A stretch of 64,000 bases of DNA from Phoronis australis (Eukaryota; Animalia; Phoronida): NCBI GenBank assembly GCA_002633005.1, contig NMRA01000776.1, forward strand, positions 56,948 to 120,947. Direction: 5' to 3'. Positions 63,672 to 64,000 of this stretch are shown piece by piece (the stretch's first letter is position 1; every line of letters begins with the position of its first letter). Both the position numbers and the translations under genes were made by a program. The notes beneath the pieces were generated by a model. It was not told the origin of the DNA and did not search any database. It was given only the letters and a program-made list of their open reading frames with translations.

Positions 63672-64000
63672 TCCACGGATCCACCGACCACTGTACTGCC
63701 AACAGGCGACAAGGTGGGGGGTCAGCCATTCAGATCCATGTTTAGTCTGATAAATCACATTAGGGATGAGAGAAAATGGGTGAAGTATGACACCACAAAG
63801 TTTGGTAGTTTAGGAGATACAAGGGAAGTCTTCTGGGGGGCAAAATGAGGCAATTTCTTGGTGTGGAATGAGTCATTTTTGACCAAATTTTCTACTCCAG
63901 TTTCTGCTTCAAACAGAATCGTTTCTGAACAATTTTGATATCACATGATAGGTTCATGACCAATGTCAGTAAAAACGGCACCGACACTGCAATATCGGTT
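63672..64000 (+). mobile_element. Second copy of the left end of the Sola3-like element, running off the window
   Basis: High identity to 43374-43702; lacks the first 7 terminal nt. Confidence 0.9.

Overview
Intron-rich, AT-rich eukaryotic DNA, most likely from a highly heterozygous marine invertebrate such as a hemichordate or echinoderm (inferred, not proven). Most ORF-track entries are noise because the real genes are spliced. Two host genes lie head-to-head. HSD17B4 (peroxisomal multifunctional enzyme type 2) is on the minus strand at 27805-6368, with 19 visible coding exons, an AKL PTS1 ending, and one expected exon missing at an assembly gap. KXD1 is on the plus strand at 30353-32621. 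The right half is mostly nested mobile DNA: a hAT-type element with a 5-bp TSD, an L1/Tx1-type LINE split by a 5.0-kb TTAA-targeting Sola3-like transposon carrying a decayed antisense cargo ORF, THAP-domain transposon debris, many MITEs, and a decayed TSP1-repeat gene near the end. An HSD17B4 intron holds a Penelope-like remnant with a minimal hammerhead ribozyme motif. Single-N joins at 1307, 3753, 20206 and 56719 are flanked by near-identical duplicates that look like two haplotypes assembled side by side, which exposes several insertion polymorphisms. All family assignments come from motifs recognised by eye; no searches were run.
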